From an uncultured virus (IMG/VR IMGVR_UViG_3300030943_000012) (taxonomy: Duplodnaviria > Heunggongvirae > Uroviricota > Caudoviricetes): a stretch of DNA of 20,000 bases. Location: the IMG/VR virus record IMGVR_UViG_3300030943_000012, one strand, 5' to 3'. A program made the translations under genes and the position numbers. Positions 1 through 8,832 of the stretch are shown here, one piece after another (position 1 is the stretch's first letter; each line of letters begins with the position of its first letter). The notes beneath the pieces are model-generated. The model made no database searches. It was not told the origin of the DNA and was given only the letters and a program-made list of their open reading frames with translations.

Positions 1-149
1 AGCGCGCGCTGCGACAGCGCGGTGAGCGCCACCCCCAGCAGTTGGAGCGCGCCCCAGTCGATCGCAGCAGTCTTCGGCGGCGCGGCAGGCGCGGCGGGCC
101 GTTGAACTTCAACCTGGTCGTCTACGAGTTCGAATTTGGGTAACGCCAT
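1..149 (-). CDS. Hypothetical protein, possibly membrane-associated (3' end runs off the window)
   Basis: Not in the ORF track. ATG at 149 with GAGGAG upstream; reads MALPKFELVDDQVEVQRPAAPAAPPKTAAIDWGALQLLGVALTALSQRA without a stop to the window edge. Overlaps the end of 109..381. Confidence 0.65.
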   Translation of the reverse strand, partial: MALPKFELVDDQVEVQRPAAPAAPPKTAAIDWGALQLLGVALTALSQRA

Positions 150-381
150 TGGTGGGCTCCTCGGGCGCAACGCCCTTTGAAAAGTCGAAACCGGTTTCGT
201 CGTCTTCATCCGCGGGATCGCCGGGATGCTTGCGCAGGGCGACATAAACCGCGGTCACCACCTTGAGGGCGTCGATCTTGTCGGCGAGGCTCCGGGTGAC
301 GTCGCTCGACCCCTTGGCATCCAGCGACACCGCGGTGGCCAGTTCGATCATCGCCGTCCGGATATCGTCGTTTGCCGCCAC
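109..381 (-). CDS. Hypothetical phage protein (90 aa)
   Basis: GTG start overlaps the upstream stop (TAGTG), with AGAGG upstream. Helical N-half and acidic C-terminal part. Confidence 0.7.
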   Translation of the reverse strand: MAANDDIRTAMIELATAVSLDAKGSSDVTRSLADKIDALKVVTAVYVALRKHPGDPADEDDETGFDFSKGVAPEEPTNGVTQIRTRRRPG

Positions 382-1031
382 TAGGGCACCTCTTTGAAGG
401 GGTCGTGGTCCACAGGTATCAGTTTCGACCCTTCGAGGGAAGAACCCTGCGGCGGGGCGCTCTCGCGGTACTGCCGCATGACGGCGCTCTCCAGGCGCGG
501 CCCGCCTGGCGCCGGCGGCTTCACGACAGGGGCGCGAGACCGCGCGCGCGGCGTCATGTCCACTTCCGGCTCGGTCTTGCCCCGCCGCGCGGCCATCGCC
601 GCCTGCATCTTGGCCTGTCGTTCCGCCATCAGCCGCTCGATCTCGGCGTCAAGCGCGGCCGTATCAGTAGCTGGGCCGCGCTTGAATTGCTCCGCGACCT
701 CGGATTGCAGGCGGCGCGGCGGGCCCGATCCCAGCACCGCCTCCCCAGCCCGCGCCGGTGCGCCGGCCACCCCGCCGGTCATGGCGGTCATGGCCGCTTC
801 GACGGGCACAGCGGGGTCGTAGGTGCCGGTGTCCATGCTGAACTGCGAATTCTGGATTGCCCGGCGCGGCAAAGTGCCCAGCGCCGACATGACGCCGCGG
901 ACCAGCTTGTCGATCCACGTCGGCGCCGTTGCGCCGGCCTCCCCGGGTGACGTCGTGCCGAAAGCGGCGCCTGGCTGGGCAACCATGTCGTCGACCGTCT
1001 GCTGCGGGGCGAGTTCGTCAATGGAAGCCAT
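381..1031 (-). CDS. Hypothetical protein, possible virion cargo (216 aa)
   Basis: TGATG coupling to the 1025-aa gene. Ala/Gly/Pro-rich with a short coiled-coil; ends KLIPVDHDPFKEVP. Confidence 0.7.
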   Translation of the reverse strand: MASIDELAPQQTVDDMVAQPGAAFGTTSPGEAGATAPTWIDKLVRGVMSALGTLPRRAIQNSQFSMDTGTYDPAVPVEAAMTAMTGGVAGAPARAGEAVLGSGPPRRLQSEVAEQFKRGPATDTAALDAEIERLMAERQAKMQAAMAARRGKTEPEVDMTPRARSRAPVVKPPAPGGPRLESAVMRQYRESAPPQGSSLEGSKLIPVDHDPFKEVP

Positions 1032-4000
1032 CAGCGCACCACCTGCAGGTACTTGCCGGGGCGTTTGGGGTCAGGGACGTAATAGTTCCCGTCCGGCGCA
1101 CGGCGCGGCGTGGGCGCGGTGCCGGTGTCCACGTCGTTTCCGAACTGGTACGCGCCCTGCGCCATGCCGGAGCCGACCGCGCCGCCGCGCTGCAGGACTT
1201 TCGATATCTCCTGCCGGATGGCCTCGCGCTTCTCCGGGTTCGTGTACGACTTCTCCAGCCAGCGCAGGGTCGCCGGGCTTTCCATAAGCTTGGACATCAG
1301 CGACATATAAGAGCCCAAGTAATACCGACCAGCGGCATTAGCGCCAGGAATGATCTTCGATGCCTTGGAAACAATCCCGGCTTTTCCGGCCAACGGGTGC
1401 TCGACAAGGGCTTGCGCCGCCATGCTGCCGGCATGGTCTCCTCGCTGAAGCCCTTTCGCGCTGGTAATGAACGCCATATCCTCGGCGATCTTCTGAGCGG
1501 TCTCAAGATTGGTGCCGAGCATCAGGCGCTGCACGTCTGGTGACACCACTTTCAAGCGTAAATCCGGCTTTAGCGTGCCGCGCAGAAGCTTCTCAGTCCA
1601 CACCTGCCGCAGCGCGTTGAACTCGGCGGAGTTCTCGCCGAAGCGATGCGCGGTGGCGAGGATCAAATCCTCATCGCCGAGAATCTTGTCCACGGCGCGC
1701 GTGGCGCCGAACGACTTGTCCGACAGGAACCGGAGCGGGTCCGCGCGCCGGGCATCGTTGCGCTGTTTTGCCACATCCTGCGCAATCTTCCGGGTTTCCT
1801 GGGTCAGCACCTTGAGCGGGTCGGTGTCGGCCTGCTTTGCCGCGGTCTCGGCGGCCAGCCGTGCCTGCCGAAACACGTCGAACGACGTGTCGTTGGGGCG
1901 GAACTGGACGTCAAGCTTGCCGTGGAGCATGCCGATCTGCTGGGCCTGCCGCAGAAGCTGCTCGCCCTGCTCGCGCCCCTGCACGGCCATCAGCGTGCCA
2001 TTGCGGTGCGCATCCAGCACTTCCTTGGCGAATTCCAGAGCGTCCACGGAGTTGTCGAACTGCCCCTTGCGGGCGTTGGTCAGCCATTGCTGCCGCTGCG
2101 CGGCGCGCACGCCATTCCAGAGATTCGGGCCCACCACCTGTTCGGTGCGTGCGATCAGATCTGTGCTGCCCGGTCGGACCAGCGCCTTGAACAGCTGCTG
2201 GGGATCGGCCGGCTCGCCGGCCTCCAGCCCGCGCAGCACGGTCTTCATTTCCTTGGCGTTGAACACCGGGCGCTCGGCGGCGAACCAGCGGTCGTTCTCG
2301 TTCAGCATCCGGATCGCGGTCTGGAACTGCGGCGTCTCGCCGACGCCCTGCATGAGGTTGTCGACTTGATGCGAGAAGTATTTCAGCGATCCGTTCTTGA
2401 AGGACGACGGCAGGTCGAACCAGTCGGCGGCCGACCTCAGTTCCGACCGGATATTGTGCAGTTGTTCAAGGCTGACCGACGACGGCAGCGGGCTGCCATC
2501 CTCGGCAACGCGCTGGCCCAGCTGCTCGATGCTGCGGATCAGGCCGGGGTTGCGCGCACGGAATTCCGCCGGCACGTTGGCGATAAAGTCCTCGGCTTCC
2601 CGCACCAACGGTCGGGCGTTGATATTGGCGCCGCGCGGCACGGTCTGGTAGGCGGCCTGCGCGGTCTCGCGGTAGCGGTTGCCGAGCGCGGTGCGCACGG
2701 CCTGGATCTGCTGGCCCACGGCCTGCCACAGGTCGCCCGAATTCGTCCCCTGCGCGGCTGCGCGCACGGCGTTGTCCGCGTTGCGCTCGACCTCCTGCAT
2801 GCCAGCGTTGACGAGCTGGGTGGCGTTGGCCTGGCGCTCTTTGGCGATGGACAGGATCGCCTCGCGCTGGGCAGGCGCCTCCGCGACACCGGCCTCGGCC
2901 GCCGCGCGCCGGGCGGCCAGCTCCGCGGCGAAGCGGGCATCGATCTCGCCGGTCTGTTCCATCGCCTTGGCGGTCAGCTTTTCACCAGCTTTTTTAGTCG
3001 AGACGGCTGCGGTGGGCGACACCAGATCGTCGATGGCGCCAACACCCTGCTTCTCCAGCAGAGGGGCAGCCATCTTTTCATAAGCGGTCTGCGCCCCTTC
3101 TTTGAGTGGATTGCTCATGTCGAAGGCAGGATTAAATTTCTCGTGGATGTTCGATAGGTGCGGCGCTTCCTTGGCAAACGTCGACACGCCCACTGGCGTG
3201 TCGGTGTCGGTATGGCCGACGGCATTGCGGATGCTTGAGAACATGCCCTCGGCAGGCTTCTCGCCAAGTTCTGCAATCTCGCGTGCGCGGGTGACGTTCT
3301 CTGCGGACGTGCCAAGAACCTTGTTGGCGACGTCGGGAAGTGCTTTGCCAACGTTCGACACGCCGGCCTTGATCGACGGTACAAAGCCAGCCACAGCACG
3401 GCCGGCGGCGTCGCCCGCGATACTGGATGCGGCGCCGATGGCCTTGTCGGCGTTGTCCTCGCCCTGCGACCGGTCGTAGGTGCCGTTCAGCCGCATGATG
3501 ATGTCATTGAAGTACTGGCCGCCCATGGTGCCGAGCGCCGCGCCGCCGGCCGCCGGTAGGCCGCCGAGACCCGCGCCCACGATGCCACCGATGGCGCCGC
3601 CGGCGATCGGCGCGGCGTTGCCGCCGACCATGCCCGCGGCTGAGCCAACAGAATTCCATTTGCCGGGCTTGCGGAACGTGCCGTTGTCGTTGACCAGCGG
3701 GCCGTCCGGGGTATCGACGATCTCGGCGCCTGGGTAGCCCTTCTCGAGCACCTTGCGCTTTTCCTTGTCGGTCACCGCCATGGAATGCATGGTCTGCGTG
3801 GTGAAGTTCAGCGGCTCGTAGACCGGCTTCTTGCGCTGGTTGCCGGTCGGGTCGACGTAGGTCTCGCCTTCCGGCATGGCATGGTACTCGGTCTCCGAGG
3901 CGATGGTGCGGAGCGGCTTTTGGCGCACATTCCCCTGCGGATCGGTGTAGGTGCCGCCGTAGGGCACGTTCTCGTAATCCGCGGCGTCCTTGACAACGGA

Positions 4001-4108
4001 ATAGGTCTGAGGCGCGGCAGTGCCGCCGGCGGCCGCGAGGCCTTGTGAAGGCGCCTCGCCCGTGTGCGGGTTGACTTCGTCAAGCGGGTCGAGGGCCGCG
4101 TCAGCCAT
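1031..4108 (-). CDS. Large internal virion / DNA ejection protein (1025 aa)
   Basis: Last and largest of three Ala/Gly/Gln-rich genes after the tail genes. Contains a Gly-zipper hydrophobic segment (AAGMVGGNAAPIAGGAIGGIVGAGLGGLPAAGGAALG) and a long helical body. Position is analogous to T7 gp16 / P22 gp16. Confidence 0.75.
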   Translation of the reverse strand: MADAALDPLDEVNPHTGEAPSQGLAAAGGTAAPQTYSVVKDAADYENVPYGGTYTDPQGNVRQKPLRTIASETEYHAMPEGETYVDPTGNQRKKPVYEPLNFTTQTMHSMAVTDKEKRKVLEKGYPGAEIVDTPDGPLVNDNGTFRKPGKWNSVGSAAGMVGGNAAPIAGGAIGGIVGAGLGGLPAAGGAALGTMGGQYFNDIIMRLNGTYDRSQGEDNADKAIGAASSIAGDAAGRAVAGFVPSIKAGVSNVGKALPDVANKVLGTSAENVTRAREIAELGEKPAEGMFSSIRNAVGHTDTDTPVGVSTFAKEAPHLSNIHEKFNPAFDMSNPLKEGAQTAYEKMAAPLLEKQGVGAIDDLVSPTAAVSTKKAGEKLTAKAMEQTGEIDARFAAELAARRAAAEAGVAEAPAQREAILSIAKERQANATQLVNAGMQEVERNADNAVRAAAQGTNSGDLWQAVGQQIQAVRTALGNRYRETAQAAYQTVPRGANINARPLVREAEDFIANVPAEFRARNPGLIRSIEQLGQRVAEDGSPLPSSVSLEQLHNIRSELRSAADWFDLPSSFKNGSLKYFSHQVDNLMQGVGETPQFQTAIRMLNENDRWFAAERPVFNAKEMKTVLRGLEAGEPADPQQLFKALVRPGSTDLIARTEQVVGPNLWNGVRAAQRQQWLTNARKGQFDNSVDALEFAKEVLDAHRNGTLMAVQGREQGEQLLRQAQQIGMLHGKLDVQFRPNDTSFDVFRQARLAAETAAKQADTDPLKVLTQETRKIAQDVAKQRNDARRADPLRFLSDKSFGATRAVDKILGDEDLILATAHRFGENSAEFNALRQVWTEKLLRGTLKPDLRLKVVSPDVQRLMLGTNLETAQKIAEDMAFITSAKGLQRGDHAGSMAAQALVEHPLAGKAGIVSKASKIIPGANAAGRYYLGSYMSLMSKLMESPATLRWLEKSYTNPEKREAIRQEISKVLQRGGAVGSGMAQGAYQFGNDVDTGTAPTPRRAPDGNYYVPDPKRPGKYLQVVR
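3824..4003 (-). repeat. Two tandem 30-aa protein repeats
   Basis: YSVVKDAADYENVPYGGTYTDPQGNVRQKP and LRTIASETEYHAMPEGETYVDPTGNQRKKP (aa 36-65 and 66-95 of the 1025-aa protein). Confidence 0.85.
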
Positions 4109-5825
4109 ACGCCATCTCGCTTTCGCCGCCGAGATCGGCGCGCGGCTTGATTACCGGGTCTTTTTCCCACGGCATCTGCTTTTTCGGCGCGGCCTTCGTC
4201 TGGCCGACGCCTTCCGGGTTGGCGCTGCCGGGGCCCGCGCCGGTCGCGGCGTTCGGCGTGCCGCGACGCCGATTGACGTTGTCCTGCTGCATCTTATCCC
4301 AGAGTTCGCGGATATCGGTCAGCGCGCTCTTGGTGTTCGCCGTGGTGTCGCCCATGCTCAAGCCCGCGATCAGCGAGTTGATCTTGTCGGCCTCGGCCTT
4401 CAGGCCACGGCTGGACGCATCTTGCAGCAGGCGCGGCGCGACGGTCTGCAAATACTTGATCTGGTGCGCGATGTCGGCGCGGTCGGTCTCGTTCGATCCG
4501 GCGATGTTGCCTAGACGCTCGCCAAGCCGGGTAGCGTACCCCGCGGCGCCGACGGACATGGCGTGCTTTTCGATCAGAGCGAGGGTCTTGTCGATCGCGG
4601 TCTTGCCATTGTCGTACATGCCGATCTGCTTGTCGATATCATCGAGACGATTACCAGAAGGAGTAGCAACCCTGCGATTATATTCAGCGGTCGCCTCGGT
4701 AAGCGAAAGCGGCGCGGCGCGCGAACCTGCGGCAACTTCGTCCTCGCTTTTCTTCACCAGATCCTGAATAGCCTTGACCCTCAGCTTCGGCCCGCTGATC
4801 GGCCCGGCTTCGCCCGGATCGCCCTCGGCGGCCGTGGCGAAATCCTTCTCCCACTGCAATTGGTCGGCTGGTGTGTAGTTGGGGTTCGCCCTTTTTTGCG
4901 CTGCGAAATATTCCTTTTTCGAATCCCATTTCGCTTGCGAAGCCCCCGTCAGTGGATTCCACCGCGCAGCTGCATCAGCGATGGCCGCAGCTCTCTGCTC
5001 GGGGTCGCCACTCGTATAACGAGGGTCGGATCGAATATCCATGACCTTGTCATGCTGCAACTGCACCTTGTCCCACTGCTCCTGCATGCCGAGCGCGGCC
5101 TTGTTGCGGGCTACGAACAGGTCTGTCAGTTCCTTGTCCATGCCGTTCTCGAGGAGCGCTTGCACCTTCTGGTCGCCGAACTTCGTTGCGGCCAGCTCCA
5201 TCTTGGTGCGGCCGGCATTGATGTTCGAATTCATCAGCGTGGTGGCGTCGTTATACGCCTGGCGCTGCATATCGTGCCGCTTGAGAGCGAGATCGGTATT
5301 CTTCTGCCACGCCGTGAACTCGCGGTTGTAGGCGTCCTCGTCGCCCTTGTGGATGGCGTTCATCGCCGCGGCACCGGCGTTCAGCCCGGCTTCCATCGGC
5401 AGGCCAGCGAACGACGATGCCAGCATGGCGAACACCGAGCCAACGGAGCCGAACGCCTGCACGGGGTCGGTATAGTGCTCGGCGCTCTTGGCATTGGCGT
5501 CCCACGGCTGGAGCCCTTCCGGCTCTTTGGCGCTGGCCAGATACGCCTGCTCCATGCGCGCGCGGTCCTTGTCGAGGCGCGCGCTCATCTCGTTGCTCTG
5601 AGCGGCGTCATTGGCGGTCTTGGCGCGCTGAATCTCGGACAGCTGCTGGCGCGTCCGCTCCATCTGCTGGGGCGTGACGATGAGGCTGTCCATGGACGAG
5701 CCGGGCAGCGTGGTCGGCATACTCCCGCCGCCAACGGGTGCTGCCGGAGGTGCAGGCGTGCCTGTGCCCGCCGTGGGAGCGGCGGTTTCAGGGAGGTCCG
5801 GGCCGTCGTCTTCCTCGCCGGCCAT
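4101..5825 (-). CDS. Internal virion / DNA ejection protein (574 aa)
   Basis: GGAGG RBS. Helical, Ala/Gln-rich, with one hydrophobic stretch (AFGSVGSVFAMLASSFAGL). Middle gene of the ejection cluster; overlaps the next gene by 8 nt. Confidence 0.7.
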   Translation of the reverse strand: MAGEEDDGPDLPETAAPTAGTGTPAPPAAPVGGGSMPTTLPGSSMDSLIVTPQQMERTRQQLSEIQRAKTANDAAQSNEMSARLDKDRARMEQAYLASAKEPEGLQPWDANAKSAEHYTDPVQAFGSVGSVFAMLASSFAGLPMEAGLNAGAAAMNAIHKGDEDAYNREFTAWQKNTDLALKRHDMQRQAYNDATTLMNSNINAGRTKMELAATKFGDQKVQALLENGMDKELTDLFVARNKAALGMQEQWDKVQLQHDKVMDIRSDPRYTSGDPEQRAAAIADAAARWNPLTGASQAKWDSKKEYFAAQKRANPNYTPADQLQWEKDFATAAEGDPGEAGPISGPKLRVKAIQDLVKKSEDEVAAGSRAAPLSLTEATAEYNRRVATPSGNRLDDIDKQIGMYDNGKTAIDKTLALIEKHAMSVGAAGYATRLGERLGNIAGSNETDRADIAHQIKYLQTVAPRLLQDASSRGLKAEADKINSLIAGLSMGDTTANTKSALTDIRELWDKMQQDNVNRRRGTPNAATGAGPGSANPEGVGQTKAAPKKQMPWEKDPVIKPRADLGGESEMAYG

Positions 5826-5831
5826 TTACGC
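5821..5831. repeat. 11-bp direct repeat GCCATTTACGC, copy 1
   Basis: Identical to 6344..6354; the match extends to 16/20 (gccatttacgctacctccgt vs gccatttacgccgcctttgt). Confidence 0.8.
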
Positions 5832-6119
5832 TACCTCCGTAGTGCCCTTGACGGGTACTTTTGAAGTGCTCCAGAGGTAGGCCGCTGGATTAGCAGGAAG
5901 CTCTCGTAGCGCCGTTAGAAGCGGCCTGCCTCGAGCGCTCCGCGGCATCCGCTCCGATACTTCGTGAAGCCCCTGCGCAATGGCCGCCAGCTGCGTGCAT
6001 TCTACTCCAAGTGTTTCAAAAATAGCGTCGTGCAACTGCCCGGAGGTGTACATGCGCACCAACAACGCTGTTGCGTTCTCGATGCTTTCGATGTCGGCAT
6101 TTGCGAGATGCACTTCCAT
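5826..6119 (-). CDS. Hypothetical protein (97 aa), low-GC insert gene 2
   Basis: Likely start is the ATG at 6119 (MEVHLANADIES...), one base after the TAA of 6121..6348, rather than the track's 6269. Lower GC than the flanks. Confidence 0.65.
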   Translation of the reverse strand: MEVHLANADIESIENATALLVRMYTSGQLHDAIFETLGVECTQLAAIAQGLHEVSERMPRSARGRPLLTALRELPANPAAYLWSTSKVPVKGTTEVA

Positions 6120-6120
6120 T

Positions 6121-6348
6121 TTACACTGCTTCCTGCGCCAACTGAACAACTTGATTGTCAAGAAACTCTTTGGTGGCTTTAAGGTTAGCTTGCACGCTGG
6201 CTTCTTCGGTGGAAGAAACCGACAAAAGCTCTCCCAGCACTTCTGCAGTTGCCGCGAGCATGACAGCAAGTTCGTACTCGCGACATACTCGCGCGATCGA
6301 CTTTTTCAGGTCTTCCACCTCGACTCGGTTTGCTAAATTCGTAGCCAT
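6121..6348 (-). CDS. Hypothetical helical protein (75 aa), low-GC insert gene 1
   Basis: TAAATG junction with the upstream gene; amphipathic helical sequence; lower GC. Confidence 0.65.
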   Translation of the reverse strand: MATNLANRVEVEDLKKSIARVCREYELAVMLAATAEVLGELLSVSSTEEASVQANLKATKEFLDNQVVQLAQEAV

Positions 6349-6354
6349 TTACGC
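6344..6354. repeat. 11-bp direct repeat GCCATTTACGC, copy 2
   Basis: Identical to 5821..5831; spans the stop/start junction GCG TAA ATG GC on the minus strand. Confidence 0.8.
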
Positions 6355-7926
6355 CGCCTTTGTGCCGCCGATATTGAGGTTGATGCCGCCGTTGCTCTTC
6401 GTGCCGCCGTTCAGTGCCGACGCGAAATTCGAGATCGCCTGCGAGCGCTGCTTGTTCTGGTCGTTGGTCAGATTCGCCAGCGTAGTGTACGTGCCGCTGG
6501 AAAGCCCTGCCGCCGACAGCCCATCGTTGATCAGATTGTTCGCCGTCAAGTTGTTGCCGGTGGTCGACGTCTGGTTGCCGGAAGCGATGATGCTGTTGCC
6601 GGTGGTCGCCAGCTGGGACGCCAGCTGCTCGCGCATCGACGGGATCTTGGCATCGACCTGTCCCAGTTCCTGGGCCAGCATGGAGTTCTTGGTCGGATCA
6701 GTCGGCAAGCCGCGATTGGCGTAATTCGAGATGATCTGCGCCTTCTGCGACTGCACCGACTGCTGGACCATGTCCTCGTATCCCTGCGGCAGGGTACCGG
6801 TGGCGACGTACTGCTGCAACGCCTGACCCTGGGCGGTCTGCGACTGTCCGGACTCAAGCGCCGGCGTGCCGTACTGCGTGCCCATATCCTTGCCCTGCTG
6901 GGCGTATTGCTGGGCCAGCTGCTGGTACTGCTGAGCCTGGCTGGTCAGCGCCTGCTGCGCGGCCGACTGCTGCTGGCCGTTCATCAGGTTGTTCAGTAGG
7001 CCGGCGCCGGAGAGCGCGAGACCGGCGGTGTTGGTGTTGAAGCCGAGACCGGACGAATTCCCGGACCCGCCGCCCGAGCCACCGCCGGAACCGCCGCCAG
7101 AGCCGGACGAGGCGGTCGCCGGGAGGGTCGACCCCGTGCTCTCGCCGGCCGCGGCCGGGATTGAGGCGGCCTGCGTCGCGCCGTAGTCGTTGGCCGCGCC
7201 GGTCTGTGCCGCATTGAGGGAATCCCAGATGCCGGAGCTGCCGGAGCCGGCATTCGCCCCGGTGGCCGCGGTATTCTGGTTGTTCGGATCGGAAACGAGG
7301 CTGGCCAGATCCGGCGTGCCGGAGACGCCGGACGGCGCGGCGAACGCGGCTGCCGATGTCCCCGAACTGGCATCGGGGGATGTCGTGCCGAGCGCAGCGG
7401 AATTCTGCGACAGCGCGCTGCCGGAGCCGTCGCTGGAAAACACGCCGCCATGCGTATCGATACCGGTGCCGGCGGAGGACGAGGTGTCCCCGGAGAAAAA
7501 GGACGAACCGGTGCCGGGAAGCTCGGAGTTGCCGCCCACGGGGCCCGACCCACTGAGATTGAACCCGCCCGGCGCGTAGGTGTCGATGCTCGGCGTGTCC
7601 CACCAGTTCGAGCTTCCGCCCGAGGACGATCCGGTGGAGTCGAATCCACCGGAAGACGAGCCGCTGGACGAGCCATCGGTGATCAGCGACGGCAGATCAC
7701 CGTAGCCGCCGCCCTGGAAGCCGGATTGCTCAGCCGGCGACGTGTAGCTGCTGCTCGACTCGAACGGGCTGCTCGAATAGCTGCTTGACGGCGAGTACGT
7801 ACCCTGGGACTGCGACATCGGATTGTTCTCGCTAGCGCCGTCATAGCCGACGGAGCCGCCGCTGTCGCTGCTGCCCTTGCTGTCGCCGCCGCCGCCCTTG
7901 CCGCCGTCGCCACCACCGTCAGACAT
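6349..7926 (-). CDS. Gly/Ser-rich internal virion / DNA ejection protein (525 aa)
   Basis: GGAG RBS. About 295 aa of low-complexity G/S/D sequence, then a hydrophobic segment (TAGLALSGAGLLNNLM) and Gln/Ala-rich helices. First gene after the GNATs, like T7 gp14 / P22 gp7. Confidence 0.7.
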   Translation of the reverse strand: MSDGGGDGGKGGGGDSKGSSDSGGSVGYDGASENNPMSQSQGTYSPSSSYSSSPFESSSSYTSPAEQSGFQGGGYGDLPSLITDGSSSGSSSGGFDSTGSSSGGSSNWWDTPSIDTYAPGGFNLSGSGPVGGNSELPGTGSSFFSGDTSSSAGTGIDTHGGVFSSDGSGSALSQNSAALGTTSPDASSGTSAAAFAAPSGVSGTPDLASLVSDPNNQNTAATGANAGSGSSGIWDSLNAAQTGAANDYGATQAASIPAAAGESTGSTLPATASSGSGGGSGGGSGGGSGNSSGLGFNTNTAGLALSGAGLLNNLMNGQQQSAAQQALTSQAQQYQQLAQQYAQQGKDMGTQYGTPALESGQSQTAQGQALQQYVATGTLPQGYEDMVQQSVQSQKAQIISNYANRGLPTDPTKNSMLAQELGQVDAKIPSMREQLASQLATTGNSIIASGNQTSTTGNNLTANNLINDGLSAAGLSSGTYTTLANLTNDQNKQRSQAISNFASALNGGTKSNGGINLNIGGTKAA

Positions 7927-8344
7927 CAGAATTCTCCGGGTTCAGGGGGATGTCGTAGCGCGGGCTGTCAACGCGGTAGCCGCCCAGCCGCAGGGCGAAA
8001 GGCCCGAAATCGACGCCGGTATCGGCATCAAGCCGAAACTTCTTCGCGCCCATTTTGCCCGCCCAATCGACCATGATCTTGACCATCCTAAACGCTTCGA
8101 GGGGCGCGATCGGGGTGCGCCGCCCGACCAGTATATCCATCCTTGCCTTCCGCTCAAAGCCATAATGTGTCGCTACCGAGGCCATTCCCGCAGTGTCAAC
8201 CCCGATCAGGCAGAGGCGGTCGGATTGTTTCATGGCCCACTCGATGTACGGTCGCGCCAAAGCGACCGGCCGCCCTTCGTAAGAGGCGGCCGCCAGCTCC
8301 ATGATATGGGGCAGATCGTCGGGGGTGGCGATCCGGATCGGCAT
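7919..8344 (-). CDS. GNAT-fold acetyltransferase-like protein (141 aa)
   Basis: Likely start is the ATG at 8344 (TGATG overlap), not the track's 8731. Has the GNAT-type N-terminus IRIATPDDLPHIMEL and C-terminal MVDWAGKMGAKKFRL...FALRLGG. Confidence 0.7.
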   Translation of the reverse strand: MPIRIATPDDLPHIMELAAASYEGRPVALARPYIEWAMKQSDRLCLIGVDTAGMASVATHYGFERKARMDILVGRRTPIAPLEAFRMVKIMVDWAGKMGAKKFRLDADTGVDFGPFALRLGGYRVDSPRYDIPLNPENSDV

Positions 8345-8829
8345 CAGGCGCGCGCGATCTTGGCGAAGACCTGCTTGCGCTCGAACAGGCGCTTGTCGAG
8401 GCGTTCGCGGACCATCTCGTGGGGCACGTCGCTGTTCTCCTCGACGATCATGATCGAGAGCGACTTGCGCCGGCCCCACTCCATGAAGTGCGTGTAAAAG
8501 TGCGAGGCATCTTCGACCTGCTCCTTGTCGTCTGGGTCTTCGACCCAGACGAACTGTTCCTCGATCACCGGCTCCGGCTTGAGTCCATACTGCACGGCCT
8601 GGGCGAGTGCGATGCCGTGGTCCATGTAGAGGAACAGCATCTCGTTGGACGTGAGGATGTTGAGCAGCCAGGTGTAGGCGGAACGCTCGTTGAGCTGCGG
8701 AAACGCTTTCAGCAGGCGCGGGATGAACCACGCGGCGTGCTTGTCGATATCAGGGCGCTCGAAGCGCCGGACGAACGGCGGGTCTTTTTCGAGGATGAAT
8801 TCGGGTTTTGCGAGGGCGGCTTCGGCCAT
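8344..8829 (-). CDS. Divergent GNAT-fold-like protein (161 aa)
   Basis: VRRFERPDI near the N-terminus, beta-strand core (MLFLYMDHGIALA, VIEEQFVWV) and FMEWGRRKSLSIMIV follow GNAT topology. No clear acetyl-CoA loop. Confidence 0.55.
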   Translation of the reverse strand: MAEAALAKPEFILEKDPPFVRRFERPDIDKHAAWFIPRLLKAFPQLNERSAYTWLLNILTSNEMLFLYMDHGIALAQAVQYGLKPEPVIEEQFVWVEDPDDKEQVEDASHFYTHFMEWGRRKSLSIMIVEENSDVPHEMVRERLDKRLFERKQVFAKIARA

Positions 8830-8832
8830 GTG

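Noticed and set aside
7060..7110. GC-rich short repeats (ccgccgcccgagccaccgccggaaccgccgccagagccgg) as a DNA repeat or CRISPR-like element
   Set aside because: They encode the GGGS linker of the 525-aa protein and show no repeat-spacer structure.
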